From the NCBI GenBank assembly GCA_026004595.1, contig BPJL01000005.1, forward strand, positions 11,263-75,262: DNA of 64,000 bases, read 5' to 3'. A model generated the notes under the pieces. It was given only the letters and a program-made list of their open reading frames with translations, was not told the origin of the DNA and did not search any database. Position 1 is the stretch's first letter, and every line of letters starts with the position of its first letter. Source of the stretch: Patescibacteria group bacterium. Lineage in GTDB: Bacteria; Patescibacteriota; WWE3; UBA101185; UBA10185. Below are positions 1 to 9,637 of this stretch, one piece after another. The position numbers and the translations under genes were made by a program.

Positions 1-96
1 AAAGAATCCGAACATGCTAAAATGATAACATATTTATGCTCAGAGGTAGATTTAAAAAAGCTATAAAGTACATTTTGATCGGGACCCCCCATTTTA

Positions 97-1098
97 TTGG
101 GTTTGTGGTTCTTTTTTCTTAGACCAAAACAGTTTACAAGCGTCGTTAGAAAGGTGCAGGTTGAAAAAAGAGTGATTACAAAAACCGTCTCTGCAAGCGG
201 TGAAGTCAAGTCTAAAAATCAAGCCGATCTTACATTTACTTCAGCGGGTAAGATTTCTGACATATTAGTCAAAAGTGGAGATGTTGTAAAAAAAGGACAA
301 CTCCTTGCGTATTTAGACAGCTCATCTCAAAGCCAGACAACACAATACTATAAAGATGCGAGAGACATAGCATTAAGGAATAAAGAACTTTTCATAAAAG
401 AACGTGAAACAAATATAAGATCTCTCGGAGGTGAGGACGAATATAATATTAAAATTAGGCAGATGGATGAGTTAATTAGCCAAGCCGAAGCTGCCTACCA
501 AGCTCAGGTTGCCCTTCTTAACAACTTTTACATATATGCGCCTTTTGACGGTACTGTGGTCGATGTTTATAAAAAGGTTGGGGAGACAGCAGTTCTTGGT
601 GAGAGAATAATGACAGTGGCAGACATGAATAATTTTGTTTTTGGCCTATCTATTGATCAAGAAGATTTTGGATTGGTAAGATTGGGTCAAACAGCCAAGA
701 TAAATCTGGATTCTTATGAAAACTTTGACTTCAAAACGACGGTCACCGAACTACCTGTAGCCGCAAACGCCACAAGTGGTTCATTTTACATTGAAATACC
801 TATTAAAGATGCTCCCGAACACCCGCTGGCTATAGGGATGTCTGGGGATGCTTATATAGATATACTTACATCAGATAGGGAGGTAAGCAGTCTGACTATT
901 GACGAGATATTTTATGATCTTGAAGACAACCCATATGTTTGGATAGCAGAAAATCGAAAACTCAAGAAACGTTTTATCGAGATTGGTCTGGAAGGAGATA
1001 TTTATACCGAAGTAAAAACGGATGTTACAGAAGTATTGGTACCAGCGCAGGAAAACCAGAAAATGGTTGAGGGTTATAACATTCGTATTATTAATTAA
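97..1098 (+). CDS. Efflux transporter periplasmic adaptor subunit (HlyD/MacA-like). Uses a TTG start. An in-frame stop upstream (76-78) means the gene starts inside the window.
   Basis: 333-aa ORF. The sequence pattern fits a membrane-fusion (biotin-lipoyl/beta-barrel) protein. It lies directly upstream of a MacB-type ABC ATPase and FtsX-like permease. Confidence 0.65.
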   Translation: MGLWFFFLRPKQFTSVVRKVQVEKRVITKTVSASGEVKSKNQADLTFTSAGKISDILVKSGDVVKKGQLLAYLDSSSQSQTTQYYKDARDIALRNKELFIKERETNIRSLGGEDEYNIKIRQMDELISQAEAAYQAQVALLNNFYIYAPFDGTVVDVYKKVGETAVLGERIMTVADMNNFVFGLSIDQEDFGLVRLGQTAKINLDSYENFDFKTTVTELPVAANATSGSFYIEIPIKDAPEHPLAIGMSGDAYIDILTSDREVSSLTIDEIFYDLEDNPYVWIAENRKLKKRFIEIGLEGDIYTEVKTDVTEVLVPAQENQKMVEGYNIRIIN

Positions 1099-1104
1099 TA
1101 TAAA

Positions 1105-1776
1105 ATGATTCCCGTACTAAAAGCTCAAAATGTTTGGAAAATTTATGATATGGGTGCGGACAGAATAGAGGCCCTGAGGGATGTTAATATTGAAATTTTT
1201 AAAGGCGAGTTTGTAGCCATAGTGGGCAAGTCTGGTTCGGGAAAGTCCACATTAATGCACATACTTGGGCTTTTAGACACACCAACACAAGGGAAAGTAA
1301 TTCTTAATGGGGTAGACACAAAAGGAATGACTGAAAAACAGCTGGCACAAGTCAGAAATAACGAAATTGGATTTGTCTTTCAATCATTTAATTTGCTTCA
1401 GAGAACTACGGTTTTAGATAACGTAATACTTCCGCTAAAATATAGCAGGGTTCCAAGCTCGGAATGGGAAAGAAAGGCCAGGGAGGTAATAGAGCTTGTG
1501 GGGTTAACCGATAGGATAAGAAACAAATCGAACGAACTTTCGGGGGGCCAAAAACAGAGAGTGGCCATTGCTAGAGCCATGGTCAACGACCCAAGCATAA
1601 TACTTGCTGACGAACCTACTGGAAATTTAGATTCCAAAACAGGTGATGAAATAATAAAAAATTTTCTAAAGCTGAATGATAGGGGCAAGACCATTGTTTT
1701 AGTCACACATGATGATGAACTTGCAGAAATTGCGCAAAGAAAAATTGTATTGAGAGATGGCACCGTTGTTAAATGA
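1105..1776 (+). CDS. ABC transporter ATP-binding protein (MacB/LolD family).
   Basis: Walker A 'GKSGSGKST', ABC signature 'LSGGQKQRVAIARA' and Walker B 'ILADEPTGNLD' are present. The stop overlaps the start of the downstream permease gene (ATGA). Confidence 0.9.
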   Translation: MIPVLKAQNVWKIYDMGADRIEALRDVNIEIFKGEFVAIVGKSGSGKSTLMHILGLLDTPTQGKVILNGVDTKGMTEKQLAQVRNNEIGFVFQSFNLLQRTTVLDNVILPLKYSRVPSSEWERKAREVIELVGLTDRIRNKSNELSGGQKQRVAIARAMVNDPSIILADEPTGNLDSKTGDEIIKNFLKLNDRGKTIVLVTHDDELAEIAQRKIVLRDGTVVK

Positions 1777-2957
1777 TATATATTCCTGAAACAATCAAAA
1801 GTGCATTTAGATCTCTTTTATTAAATAAAGTTAGGACCGCGTTAACAATGTTGGGGGTTATAATCGGAGTTTTTTCAGTTGTATCTCTTGTATCTGTTGT
1901 TCAAGGGTTTCAAAACTACATAACTGATCAGTTTAACGCACTGGGATCAAACTTAATCCTGGTAACCCCGAGCTTTGGAGGAGCTAACCAAGATCCATCT
2001 CGAGCATTTATGGGCAACAAGCTTAGCACGAAAAATGTTGATACCATTCAACTTTTTGTCGGTGACAAAATAGAAGCTATAACACCTTCTATTAGGGTAG
2101 TTAAGCAAGTTAAGTATAAAACTAAAACTTACACCGCAACTCTTGTAGGAGGTAACTATGCTTCGTACAAAGTGTACGATCTTGAAACCGCTTATGGTGA
2201 CTATTACAAAAAAGCCGATGACACCAAAAGCGCAAAGGTTGTATTTATCAGCTGGGGGGTAAAAAAAGACTTATTTGGCGATAAAAATCCCGTCGGTGAA
2301 AAAGTAAAAATTGAAAATATTACTTTTGATGTTGTAGGTGTTGCAAAACCAAAAGGTGGGACATTTGATGAGAGGGTGTTTATTCCAGCAACGACAGCAA
2401 TAGAGTTGTTGGATCTTGAAACCGTATCAAGTATAGCTGTAAAAGTAAAAGAGGAATACGACCTGGACGAAGTTATGCACGAGATAAAGGTAGCCCTTTT
2501 AAGAGATATGAAGGCTGATGATTTTTCGGTTACAACTCAAAAGGATATTTTGGCGTCGATCGATCAAATTTTATCAGTACTTTCTGTTGCTTTAGCCGCG
2601 GTAGCGGGGATTTCACTTTTGGTTGGTGGTATAGGCATAATGAACATCATGCTTGTTTCGGTAACTGAACGTACACAGGAAATCGGGCTGAGGAAAGCTT
2701 TGGGAGCTACTTCCAAAAACATTGGAATGCAATTTCTTACAGAATCTATAATCATAAGTTTAACAGGAGGCATTCTTGGCTTGTTGTTTGGTTATTTGGG
2801 CACAATAGCTATAAGCAGTTTCCTTAGAGCTACAATTCCCTGGTGGGCAGTTATTATTGCTTTGGGATTTTCGGTAATTGTCGGTGTTGTATTCGGAACC
2901 TACCCTGCTCTGAGCGCAAGCAAAAAGGATCCTATTGAGGCGTTGAGGTTTGAATAG
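1773..2957 (+). CDS. ABC transporter permease, FtsX-like (MacB permease component).
   Basis: 394 aa. It has an N-terminal TM helix, a large periplasmic domain and C-terminal TM helices. There is a 4-nt overlap with the upstream ATPase gene. Confidence 0.8.
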   Translation: MIYIPETIKSAFRSLLLNKVRTALTMLGVIIGVFSVVSLVSVVQGFQNYITDQFNALGSNLILVTPSFGGANQDPSRAFMGNKLSTKNVDTIQLFVGDKIEAITPSIRVVKQVKYKTKTYTATLVGGNYASYKVYDLETAYGDYYKKADDTKSAKVVFISWGVKKDLFGDKNPVGEKVKIENITFDVVGVAKPKGGTFDERVFIPATTAIELLDLETVSSIAVKVKEEYDLDEVMHEIKVALLRDMKADDFSVTTQKDILASIDQILSVLSVALAAVAGISLLVGGIGIMNIMLVSVTERTQEIGLRKALGATSKNIGMQFLTESIIISLTGGILGLLFGYLGTIAISSFLRATIPWWAVIIALGFSVIVGVVFGTYPALSASKKDPIEALRFE

Positions 2958-3390
2958 AATTTTCATAAATCAGAGTATAGTTCTTTCCATCTTTGAGTTT
3001 TGTACTGTCAATTTGTAAAGTTACATCTTCAGTTCCATCATAAATTTTCCACTTCATATCAGGTGTGTTTTTTATGTTATTTACATGCTCAAGTTCTGAT
3101 CCGTATGAATACGATATTTTATCAAATGTAAAATCCGTATTTTCTTCCTTTACTACCAACAAAAGATCCGAAATAGAGTCGTTGCTGTTCAACTTTTGAG
3201 AATATGTTTTATTTATACTCGGGCCTTTTACTGTTAGCGAGACCTTAACAGGCTTATATTCTATATTTTTAGTATTAGAAGTATCCTCTACAGAAACGGG
3301 AACTCCCTCTAATACAGATCTGACATAGAAAAAAGACAAAATTAAAAAGATGACATAACCGGTGACCAATACTTTTCTTAATTTGTGCAT
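2932..3390 (-). CDS. Hypothetical membrane-anchored protein.
   Basis: 152-aa ORF with a single N-terminal TM helix and a Ser/Thr/Asn-rich soluble part. It converges on the permease gene. Confidence 0.45.
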   Translation of the reverse strand: MHKLRKVLVTGYVIFLILSFFYVRSVLEGVPVSVEDTSNTKNIEYKPVKVSLTVKGPSINKTYSQKLNSNDSISDLLLVVKEENTDFTFDKISYSYGSELEHVNNIKNTPDMKWKIYDGTEDVTLQIDSTKLKDGKNYTLIYENSIQTSTPQ

Positions 3391-3443
3391 AAAGATATTC
3401 TAACAAATTGCGGTGGTATAATTTTAGCTGGAAGTTTGGTTAT

Positions 3444-3520
3444 GCCTCCATAGCTCAGCGGATCAGAGCACTCGTCTTCGGAACGAGGGGTCGGGGGTTC
3501 GAATCCCTCTGGGGGCGCCA
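3444..3520 (+). tRNA. tRNA-Arg (anticodon TCG), 3' CCA encoded.
   Basis: Cloverleaf read by eye. Acceptor stem GCCTCCA/TGGGGGC, anticodon stem CTCGT/ACGAG, loop CTTCGGA, T-loop TTCGAAT. Confidence 0.8.
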
Positions 3521-3682
3521 GAGCTTACTTTGCCGAAGTTGGTTGCTCAACTCGCCGTACCAACGCGCCAATTAACCCAGTCCGAAAAAGTTTACGCGAA
3601 GTGTATAATTAAAGCGCGATTTGATCATTGCTCTTTATCCGAGCGTTAGATAGCATTTCATAATACAAGGGAAGGAGAGAAA

Positions 3683-3886
3683 ATGAGTAGCTTTTTGTTC
3701 ATAGAGCAAGAAATATTGTCTGTTTTGAAGAGTGGTTCTAAAACGTCGTTAGAAGAACTGGTTTTAAGGGTTGTTGACAATCTAGAAATTTATGGCATGG
3801 AAGAGCGTGTTGAGAACATGATTATAAACATGATCGTCTTAGGCAAAATTGAAAAAGATGCTGATGGGAGTATATATTTTAGGTAA
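3683..3886 (+). CDS. Small hypothetical protein (67 aa).
   Basis: ORF only. It is preceded by the purine-rich stretch 'gggaaggagagaaaATG'. No recognisable motif. Confidence 0.35.
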   Translation: MSSFLFIEQEILSVLKSGSKTSLEELVLRVVDNLEIYGMEERVENMIINMIVLGKIEKDADGSIYFR

Positions 3887-3967
3887 AACTAGGGGGCGTT
3901 CGTATTGTTTATCAAACGAATGCCCTAATTTCTTGCTTTGTCTCCACCTTAAAATATAATTTTACAT

Positions 3968-4468
3968 ATGAGATTAAAATTGTCAGACTCAACTTTTGCA
4001 GGATTGGGGTTTGGAACTACCTCGGGAGTCATAACTACATTGGGAGCTATAATTGGTATATACGCATCGACACATGACAGAGCAGCTATCTTGACTGCAG
4101 TTATTACGGTAAGTGTTGCCGATGCCTTTTCAGATGCTCTCGGTGAGCATATTTCTGAAGAGTCCAAAATATACACTTCTTCAGAAAACGTAAAAAACAT
4201 TACTTTCTCCACATTCTTTTCTAAATTATTGGTAGGCTTGTCGTTTTTTATACCCTTTATGTTTTTAAATACTTTTGCAGCTGTGATTGTTAGCGTTTTA
4301 TATGGAAGTCTTGTTCTATTCTTGATAAGCTTTAGAATCGCCAAACTATCTAAGCAAAGCAGTATTAGTGTGGTAAGCTCGCACCTGATTGTGGCTTTTT
4401 GTGTGATAGTTGTAACATATTTCTTAGGAAACCTTATAGAAAAGGCGTTTGGAACCGCTTCAATGTAG
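3968..4468 (+). CDS. Small polytopic membrane protein, possibly VIT1/CCC1-like.
   Basis: 166 aa with several predicted TM helices and Gly-rich TM motifs. The family assignment is weak. Confidence 0.4.
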   Translation: MRLKLSDSTFAGLGFGTTSGVITTLGAIIGIYASTHDRAAILTAVITVSVADAFSDALGEHISEESKIYTSSENVKNITFSTFFSKLLVGLSFFIPFMFLNTFAAVIVSVLYGSLVLFLISFRIAKLSKQSSISVVSSHLIVAFCVIVVTYFLGNLIEKAFGTASM

Positions 4469-4485
4469 TATAATGGCCAATGTTT

Positions 4486-4560
4486 GGGGACGTAGCTCAG
4501 CGGTAGAGCAACCGGCTCTTAACCGGTTTGTCGAGGGTTCGAATCCCTCCGTCCTCACCA
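4486..4560 (+). tRNA. tRNA-Lys (anticodon CTT), 3' CCA encoded.
   Basis: Acceptor stem GGGGACG/CGTCCTC, anticodon stem ACCGG/CCGGT, loop CTCTTAA, T-loop TTCGAAT. Confidence 0.8.
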
Positions 4561-4620
4561 AATTGCATTAATTAAAAAGGCTCACAAATTTTCAAAAAGC
4601 AATTTGTGAGCCATGCGGAG

Positions 4621-5067
4621 CTAGCATTTCCTGTTCATTAATGTACCTAAATAACGGTGTTCTTTTGCTAACTTTTCCATTCTCCTTGCTATAGCATCGT
4701 ACATAACTGCGTTTATATAGTTAACAACGATTTCCTTCTCGTCATTGTCCTGACAAGACGATATGTGTAGCTCCTTGAAGCTTATTTTTCCTCCAACAAA
4801 TTCCCCATTTGTAATTAATCCGCTAATAACCGCTTCGATGTTTTGTTTACCATTTACTACTTCGAATAATATTTTGAATTTGCATGTCCTTATCTTGTTG
4901 TTACTTAATGCGGATGTTAATGTAATTCCAACCTCCGGCCAATCTCCTTCAATAATTTCTGAACTGCCCGGAGTACCACAGCTAGTAATCACTTGAGATA
5001 ACTCTTTAATTACTTTGATAATAGATCTGTTTTTGGTATTAACATTTACACTACCGCCCATTTCCAA
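4621..5067 (-). CDS. Hypothetical protein (148 aa).
   Basis: ORF with a coding-like composition. No confident family assignment. Confidence 0.45.
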   Translation of the reverse strand: MEMGGSVNVNTKNRSIIKVIKELSQVITSCGTPGSSEIIEGDWPEVGITLTSALSNNKIRTCKFKILFEVVNGKQNIEAVISGLITNGEFVGGKISFKELHISSCQDNDEKEIVVNYINAVMYDAIARRMEKLAKEHRYLGTLMNRKC

Positions 5068-5154
5068 TCTCCTTTCATTTGTTTATTGTAGCGTGTATTT
5101 TATAGGTAATTCACTTATTTGACAAATTTTTATTAGTTGTTATAGCAATAAAAT

Positions 5155-5523
5155 CTAGGCGTATTCGTGAACATTCTTAGCCTCAAGCTTCTCTAAAAGT
5201 AAACGATCCACTTCGTAAAGTCTTTGCACCCCGTTTTCCACCTTATAGTAATGTATAATGTAAGGAACCAGCAATACTATTAATATAATAGCAAGAATGT
5301 AGAATAACGTATTTTCTGTAACTATTGCGGCAATTGTCATTATTAAAGTAAAAAGTGCCCAAAACATTGTTATTATTAAATGAACTAGCCTTTCAGCCTG
5401 GAAGTGTTGCATCATCTTGCGGTGAAACCTGGATAAATACTGAAGATCACTATTGCTTTCTATCTTACCTAAAATTTCTTTAATAAACTTTTCATGGTTT
5501 TCAATTTTTTTGTCCATATACAT
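5155..5523 (-). CDS. Hypothetical membrane protein (122 aa).
   Basis: Two central hydrophobic helices flanked by charged regions. Confidence 0.4.
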   Translation of the reverse strand: MYMDKKIENHEKFIKEILGKIESNSDLQYLSRFHRKMMQHFQAERLVHLIITMFWALFTLIMTIAAIVTENTLFYILAIILIVLLVPYIIHYYKVENGVQRLYEVDRLLLEKLEAKNVHEYA

Positions 5524-5923
5524 AGAATAGCCACTTTTGTAGAAAATTCCATAATTTATATCAAGTGTAGCGGTAGTTTTACTATTGTCAAAATTTATAA
5601 GTTATAATAGTATCTATTCTATTTCTGAAATTTAAGAAATCAAAAAAGGAGAGGTGTGTATTGTCAGATAAAAATAGAGTATTACCAAAAGGTGGCGGGA
5701 TAACCTCAAAAAAACAAGACAACAAAGATAATAATGGAAGTAAGCCAAGAAACAACTCTGAAGAAGAATACAGAAGAAGGAGATATAGCCGAAAGGAGCA
5801 TCCACGCTAGGATAAATGTTCCGTCCCCGGCCAAAGCCCAACACAGTTTTTGCTGTTTTGGGCTTTATTTTTGCAACCTTGTTACTTTACAGATTTAAAA
5901 TACGGTATAATCAGGGCAAGTAA

Positions 5924-6008
5924 GCCAGAGTGGCGAAATTGGCAGACGCGCAGTCTTCAGGAGGCTGTATCGAAAGGTGTGTGGGTTCGAATCCCACCTC
6001 TGGCACCA
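5924..6008 (+). tRNA. tRNA-Leu (anticodon CAG), long variable arm, 3' CCA encoded.
   Basis: Acceptor stem GCCAGAG/CTCTGGC, anticodon stem CAGTC/GGCTG, loop TTCAGGA. The extended variable arm fits a class II tRNA. Confidence 0.75.
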
Positions 6009-6029
6009 GTATTTGGTTAATAAGAAAAG

Positions 6030-6500
6030 ATGAAAAATATTAAACTAGCATTTGCACTACTTTTAGGTTTTGTGGCGATATTTATTTCTTTCTATAATTG
6101 GACTAATCTAAAAAAAATTGAAGCCAAGCTTCAAAATCTGGAACAAATTTTAGGAGATATAAAAAGTTTTAAAGAAAGAGATGTAATTCCCGAAACATCT
6201 GTGCCTGTAACTGATCAGGAAATTATAACGTTCACGGGAACTTTAAGAAAGGAAGAAGTGCCTGCAGAGCTTGAGCTGGGTGATTATTGGTACTGGATAT
6301 ATTTTGATGAACCCTATAGGTTAGAACAAAATGCTGCAGGATTCCCCATGGATGTAACCAAACTGCAAGTAAATCCACCCAAGAGCGAAGAATTTAACAT
6401 AGATGCATTTGACGGACAACATGTAGAAATAAAAGGATATATTACTTGGGGGTATGCAGAGTCGAGTGTTATTCAAGCTGAAGAGATAGTAAAAAAGTAG
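6030..6500 (+). CDS. Hypothetical membrane-anchored protein (156 aa).
   Basis: N-terminal TM helix followed by an acidic soluble domain. Confidence 0.45.
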   Translation: MKNIKLAFALLLGFVAIFISFYNWTNLKKIEAKLQNLEQILGDIKSFKERDVIPETSVPVTDQEIITFTGTLRKEEVPAELELGDYWYWIYFDEPYRLEQNAAGFPMDVTKLQVNPPKSEEFNIDAFDGQHVEIKGYITWGYAESSVIQAEEIVKK

Positions 6501-6528
6501 GTGTCGTTTGGTATAATTTCGATTGCAT

Positions 6529-6615
6529 GGGCGAGTGGCGGAATTGGTATACGCGCAACGTTGAGGTCGTTGTCGGGTAAAACCGGTGCAGGTTCAAGTC
6601 CTGTCTCGCCCACCA
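6529..6615 (+). tRNA. tRNA-Leu (anticodon GAG), long variable arm, 3' CCA encoded.
   Basis: Acceptor stem GGGCGAG/CTCGCCC, anticodon stem CAACG/CGTTG, loop TTGAGGT. Confidence 0.75.
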
Positions 6616-6662
6616 TGCATATTTGCTGACAAAAATTCCCGTTTAGGATTTAATGTATATAT

Positions 6663-8324
6663 ATGAAACATGAAATTAAAACCTTGTTTTTATTGTTGGT
6701 TCTCGCTTTCATGATTTTGCCAAGGTCGTTTGCCCAAGAATTTATCAGTTCCATGGATGTTGACGCTTCAATAAATAAAGACGGTGCAGTATCTATTACT
6801 GAAACAATAAAATATGACTTTGGATCGGCTGAAAAACATGGGATTTTGAGAAATATTCCATATAAGAAAACAAACCAAGACGGAAAAAAGTACATAATGA
6901 AGATTGAGAATATAAGTGTAGTTGATGAAAATGGAGAAGCTTACAAGTTTACAAAATCAACTGACGGAACCTACATCAACATAAAAATCGGCGATCCTAA
7001 CTACACTATCAGTGGTAAACACACCTACGTTATTAAATACTCTGTCTATGGGGCTCTTACCTATTTTGATACTTTTGCTGAGTTCTATTGGAATGCGGTC
7101 GGTTCCGAATGGAAAGTTCCCATAATGTCCTCTGAGGTTAAACTACGTTTCTTAGGAGAATTTGAAGAGGGTCGGTTGGATGGAAGGTGCTTTACTGGAG
7201 CTCCCGGCGCCAACTCACAAAAATGCTCTGTTGAGGTCGGCGATAGCTACGTATCTTTTAGAACTGGTCGTGTAGATCCCAGTGAAAACTTTACTGTAGT
7301 TGCCAAGTTTCCTTTGGATTATGCTGCCCGGCTTGAACCTACTGAAGATAAGAGTCCCATAATAGGGAAAATAATAGCTGCTTTCTTCACTATAGTAGGC
7401 ATTGTGTTTTACCTGATCTTACCCCTTTATCTTTTAATTAAATTCAAGATTCAAAACAAAAAGCTTAAGGATGCCGCGAAAATTGTAAGTGCGTGGTTTT
7501 CTCCTCCGAAGACTCCGCAGGGCAGCCAGCTGACACCGGTTGAAACAGTAATAACTGCTAATGTAACTGCCGGAAGGAAGGCTATCCCGGCGACTTTGGT
7601 TTCTCTAGCCCAAAGAGGATATATGAAGATAGTGCAAAAAAATGGAAAAGAATTTGCCTTTGTTAAAACCGAAAAAGAACCGGACGATATTTTAAGAGAT
7701 TATGAAGAAAGCCTTTATAACGCAATTTTCAGCGATGGCAAAGATGAAGTTTCTACAAAGGACCTGCCTTCAAACACAAAATTTGGCAAAGTATCATTGA
7801 CTATAGCTAGGGATGCCGGAAAATACCTGAAAAAAGAAAAGGTGTTTGAGAAAAATCCTACCGATGTTTTTACAGGTTATACAGTTTTGGCAGTTTTTGC
7901 AATATTTTTTATGAATATATTTTTAGCACTAGTGGCTTTTATTTTTGGGAGAAAGAGTGCAAAAAGAACATATGAAGGCACACAGACTTATTCTGAAGCA
8001 CTGTCTCTAAAGAATTTTTTGGTGTCACAAGACCCGCAGTTTGATTTTCAGGCTCAAGAAATGATTTTTTTTGAGAAACTTTTACCTTATGCTACAGCTT
8101 TTGGTGTTGAAGATGTCTGGATTAAACGATTCAAGAATCTGTTTAACACCAATCCGGAGTGGTACGAAGGCCGGGATCTCACTAAATTGGCAGTTATGAA
8201 TAGTGTTGTGTCAGCTTCCACTCGTATAGCAACATCTTCCCGAAGCACATCGGGTTTTAGCAGTGGTTTTTCCGGTGGACACAGTGGGGGCGGAGGAGGG
8301 GGTGGCGGGGGAGGTAGCTGGTAG
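6663..8324 (+). CDS. DUF2207-like membrane protein with a Gly-rich C-terminal tail.
   Basis: 553 aa. It has a signal peptide, an extracytoplasmic domain, TM helices and a C-terminal 'SGFSSGFSGGHSGGGGGGGGGGSW' tail. That architecture is typical of DUF2207 proteins. Confidence 0.55.
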   Translation: MKHEIKTLFLLLVLAFMILPRSFAQEFISSMDVDASINKDGAVSITETIKYDFGSAEKHGILRNIPYKKTNQDGKKYIMKIENISVVDENGEAYKFTKSTDGTYINIKIGDPNYTISGKHTYVIKYSVYGALTYFDTFAEFYWNAVGSEWKVPIMSSEVKLRFLGEFEEGRLDGRCFTGAPGANSQKCSVEVGDSYVSFRTGRVDPSENFTVVAKFPLDYAARLEPTEDKSPIIGKIIAAFFTIVGIVFYLILPLYLLIKFKIQNKKLKDAAKIVSAWFSPPKTPQGSQLTPVETVITANVTAGRKAIPATLVSLAQRGYMKIVQKNGKEFAFVKTEKEPDDILRDYEESLYNAIFSDGKDEVSTKDLPSNTKFGKVSLTIARDAGKYLKKEKVFEKNPTDVFTGYTVLAVFAIFFMNIFLALVAFIFGRKSAKRTYEGTQTYSEALSLKNFLVSQDPQFDFQAQEMIFFEKLLPYATAFGVEDVWIKRFKNLFNTNPEWYEGRDLTKLAVMNSVVSASTRIATSSRSTSGFSSGFSGGHSGGGGGGGGGGSW

Positions 8325-8400
8325 ATTTATTTTTGATAAAGTATTAGTCTTTGATTTTTGGGCACCCTACTTTTATAATAGCTGTGCATAATGGCGCTAT

Positions 8401-8476
8401 GCGACGGTAGTTCAGTTGGCAGAACGTCTCCTTGCCAAGGAGAAGGTCGCCGGTTCGAGTCCGGTCCGTCGCTCCA
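8401..8476 (+). tRNA. tRNA-Gly (anticodon GCC), 3' CCA encoded.
   Basis: Acceptor stem GCGACGG/CCGTCGC, anticodon stem TCTCC/GGAGA, loop TTGCCAA. Confidence 0.85.
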
Positions 8477-8485
8477 TAATTTTAA

Positions 8486-8561
8486 GGGGCGGTAGCCAAG
8501 GTGGTCACGGCACCGGTCTGAAAAACCGGCTATGTGGGTTCGATTCCCACCCTCCCCACCA
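8486..8561 (+). tRNA. tRNA-Phe (anticodon GAA), 3' CCA encoded.
   Basis: Anticodon stem CCGGT/ACCGG, loop CTGAAAA, T-loop TTCGATT. There is one C-T mismatch in the acceptor stem. Confidence 0.75.
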
Positions 8562-8602
8562 AGATTGTTGCTATTATCTACAATTTAAAATACAATCAAT
8601 TA

Positions 8603-9385
8603 ATGAAAGCTTCAAATATTGAAGAATCTGTGTCATCAATTAGGTACGAAAACGAGGGTCTTCCTCAAAAAGAAGAGTTGTCAACTCCATGGCTTTTGGA
8701 GAAGCTCGATCCTAGTGCAATAGCAAGCCGAACATTAGTAAAATCGCTTTATATTAATAATGAAGCTCTTGTTCAAAATATCCAAAGACATGAAGCAAGC
8801 AGAGGTCGTCTGTACGCAGATATATATGAGGAGCTTTTAAATAAAAACGGGATGTCGTTGAAGGATTCCAAGATTTTAGAAGTTGGAGCTGGCCCAGGAG
8901 CTCTTTGTCTTGCTCTCCAAGAAAAAGGAGCAAAAGTAGTAAGTCTCGACATACGTGATGGTAGGATATTTCACAGTACTGATGTGCCTTTTTTAATTGC
9001 CGATGGTAGGGGACTTCCGTTTTTAGACGGTAGTTTTGACATAGTCTCGCTGACCTCAGTTCTTCACCATGTCCCTGAAAAATTCAGAAGACCGCTTTTG
9101 GATGAAGCACTTCGTGTCTCGGAAGTCCTTTTAATTCAAGAAGATTGTTTAACCCACTCACCAAAAGACACACTAATGAAAATAGTTGATGATGCAGTAA
9201 GCGGGGAAATTGGAACTCATCAGGCTGGTTCTCATATGACAAAAGATCAATGGGTAGATTATTTCAAAGAGAATAGATTGGAAATTTTGGGGAGCAGAGA
9301 TCATTACCCCGAATGGCTTGGAGTAGGAATCCAAAAGTCTTTTTTCGTCGTTACAAAGACCGAAGCAGAAAGTAAGAGAGGCTAG
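8603..9385 (+). CDS. Class I SAM-dependent methyltransferase.
   Basis: Motif I 'LEVGAGPGALCLAL' followed by an acidic residue at the end of beta-2 ('VVSLDI'). The start was moved to the Met at 8603 because the longer ORF (8534) overlaps tRNA-Phe. Confidence 0.7.
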   Translation: MKASNIEESVSSIRYENEGLPQKEELSTPWLLEKLDPSAIASRTLVKSLYINNEALVQNIQRHEASRGRLYADIYEELLNKNGMSLKDSKILEVGAGPGALCLALQEKGAKVVSLDIRDGRIFHSTDVPFLIADGRGLPFLDGSFDIVSLTSVLHHVPEKFRRPLLDEALRVSEVLLIQEDCLTHSPKDTLMKIVDDAVSGEIGTHQAGSHMTKDQWVDYFKENRLEILGSRDHYPEWLGVGIQKSFFVVTKTEAESKRG

Positions 9386-9637
9386 ATATTTTCTCTTACC
9401 TTTCTTAACTGATATTTTGTTCTTAACAAAAAAACGTTTTCAAACCGTTGTACAAACATTCCACTATTTTTCTCTTTTTACGCTATCGAAGCAAATATCT
9501 TACACTCTTTAGATTTTGCATATAAAGCTATTGTGCCGTTAATTCCGAAATTTAAAGATTCGCTAAATTGGGTCGACAATAAAAATTTCTTGAAATTTTA
9601 CTTTCGCAAAGGATACAAAAAGGTTTAAAATAACAAT

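Noticed and set aside
1398-1763. 121-aa antisense ORF inside the ABC ATPase gene.
   Set aside because: It is opposite a gene with strong Walker and signature motifs and has a low-complexity, Ser-rich translation.
8416-8622. 68-aa ORF, and the 5' extension of the 8534 ORF, overlapping tRNA-Gly and tRNA-Phe.
   Set aside because: These lie entirely within or across two well-formed tRNA genes. The methyltransferase start was moved to the Met at 8603.
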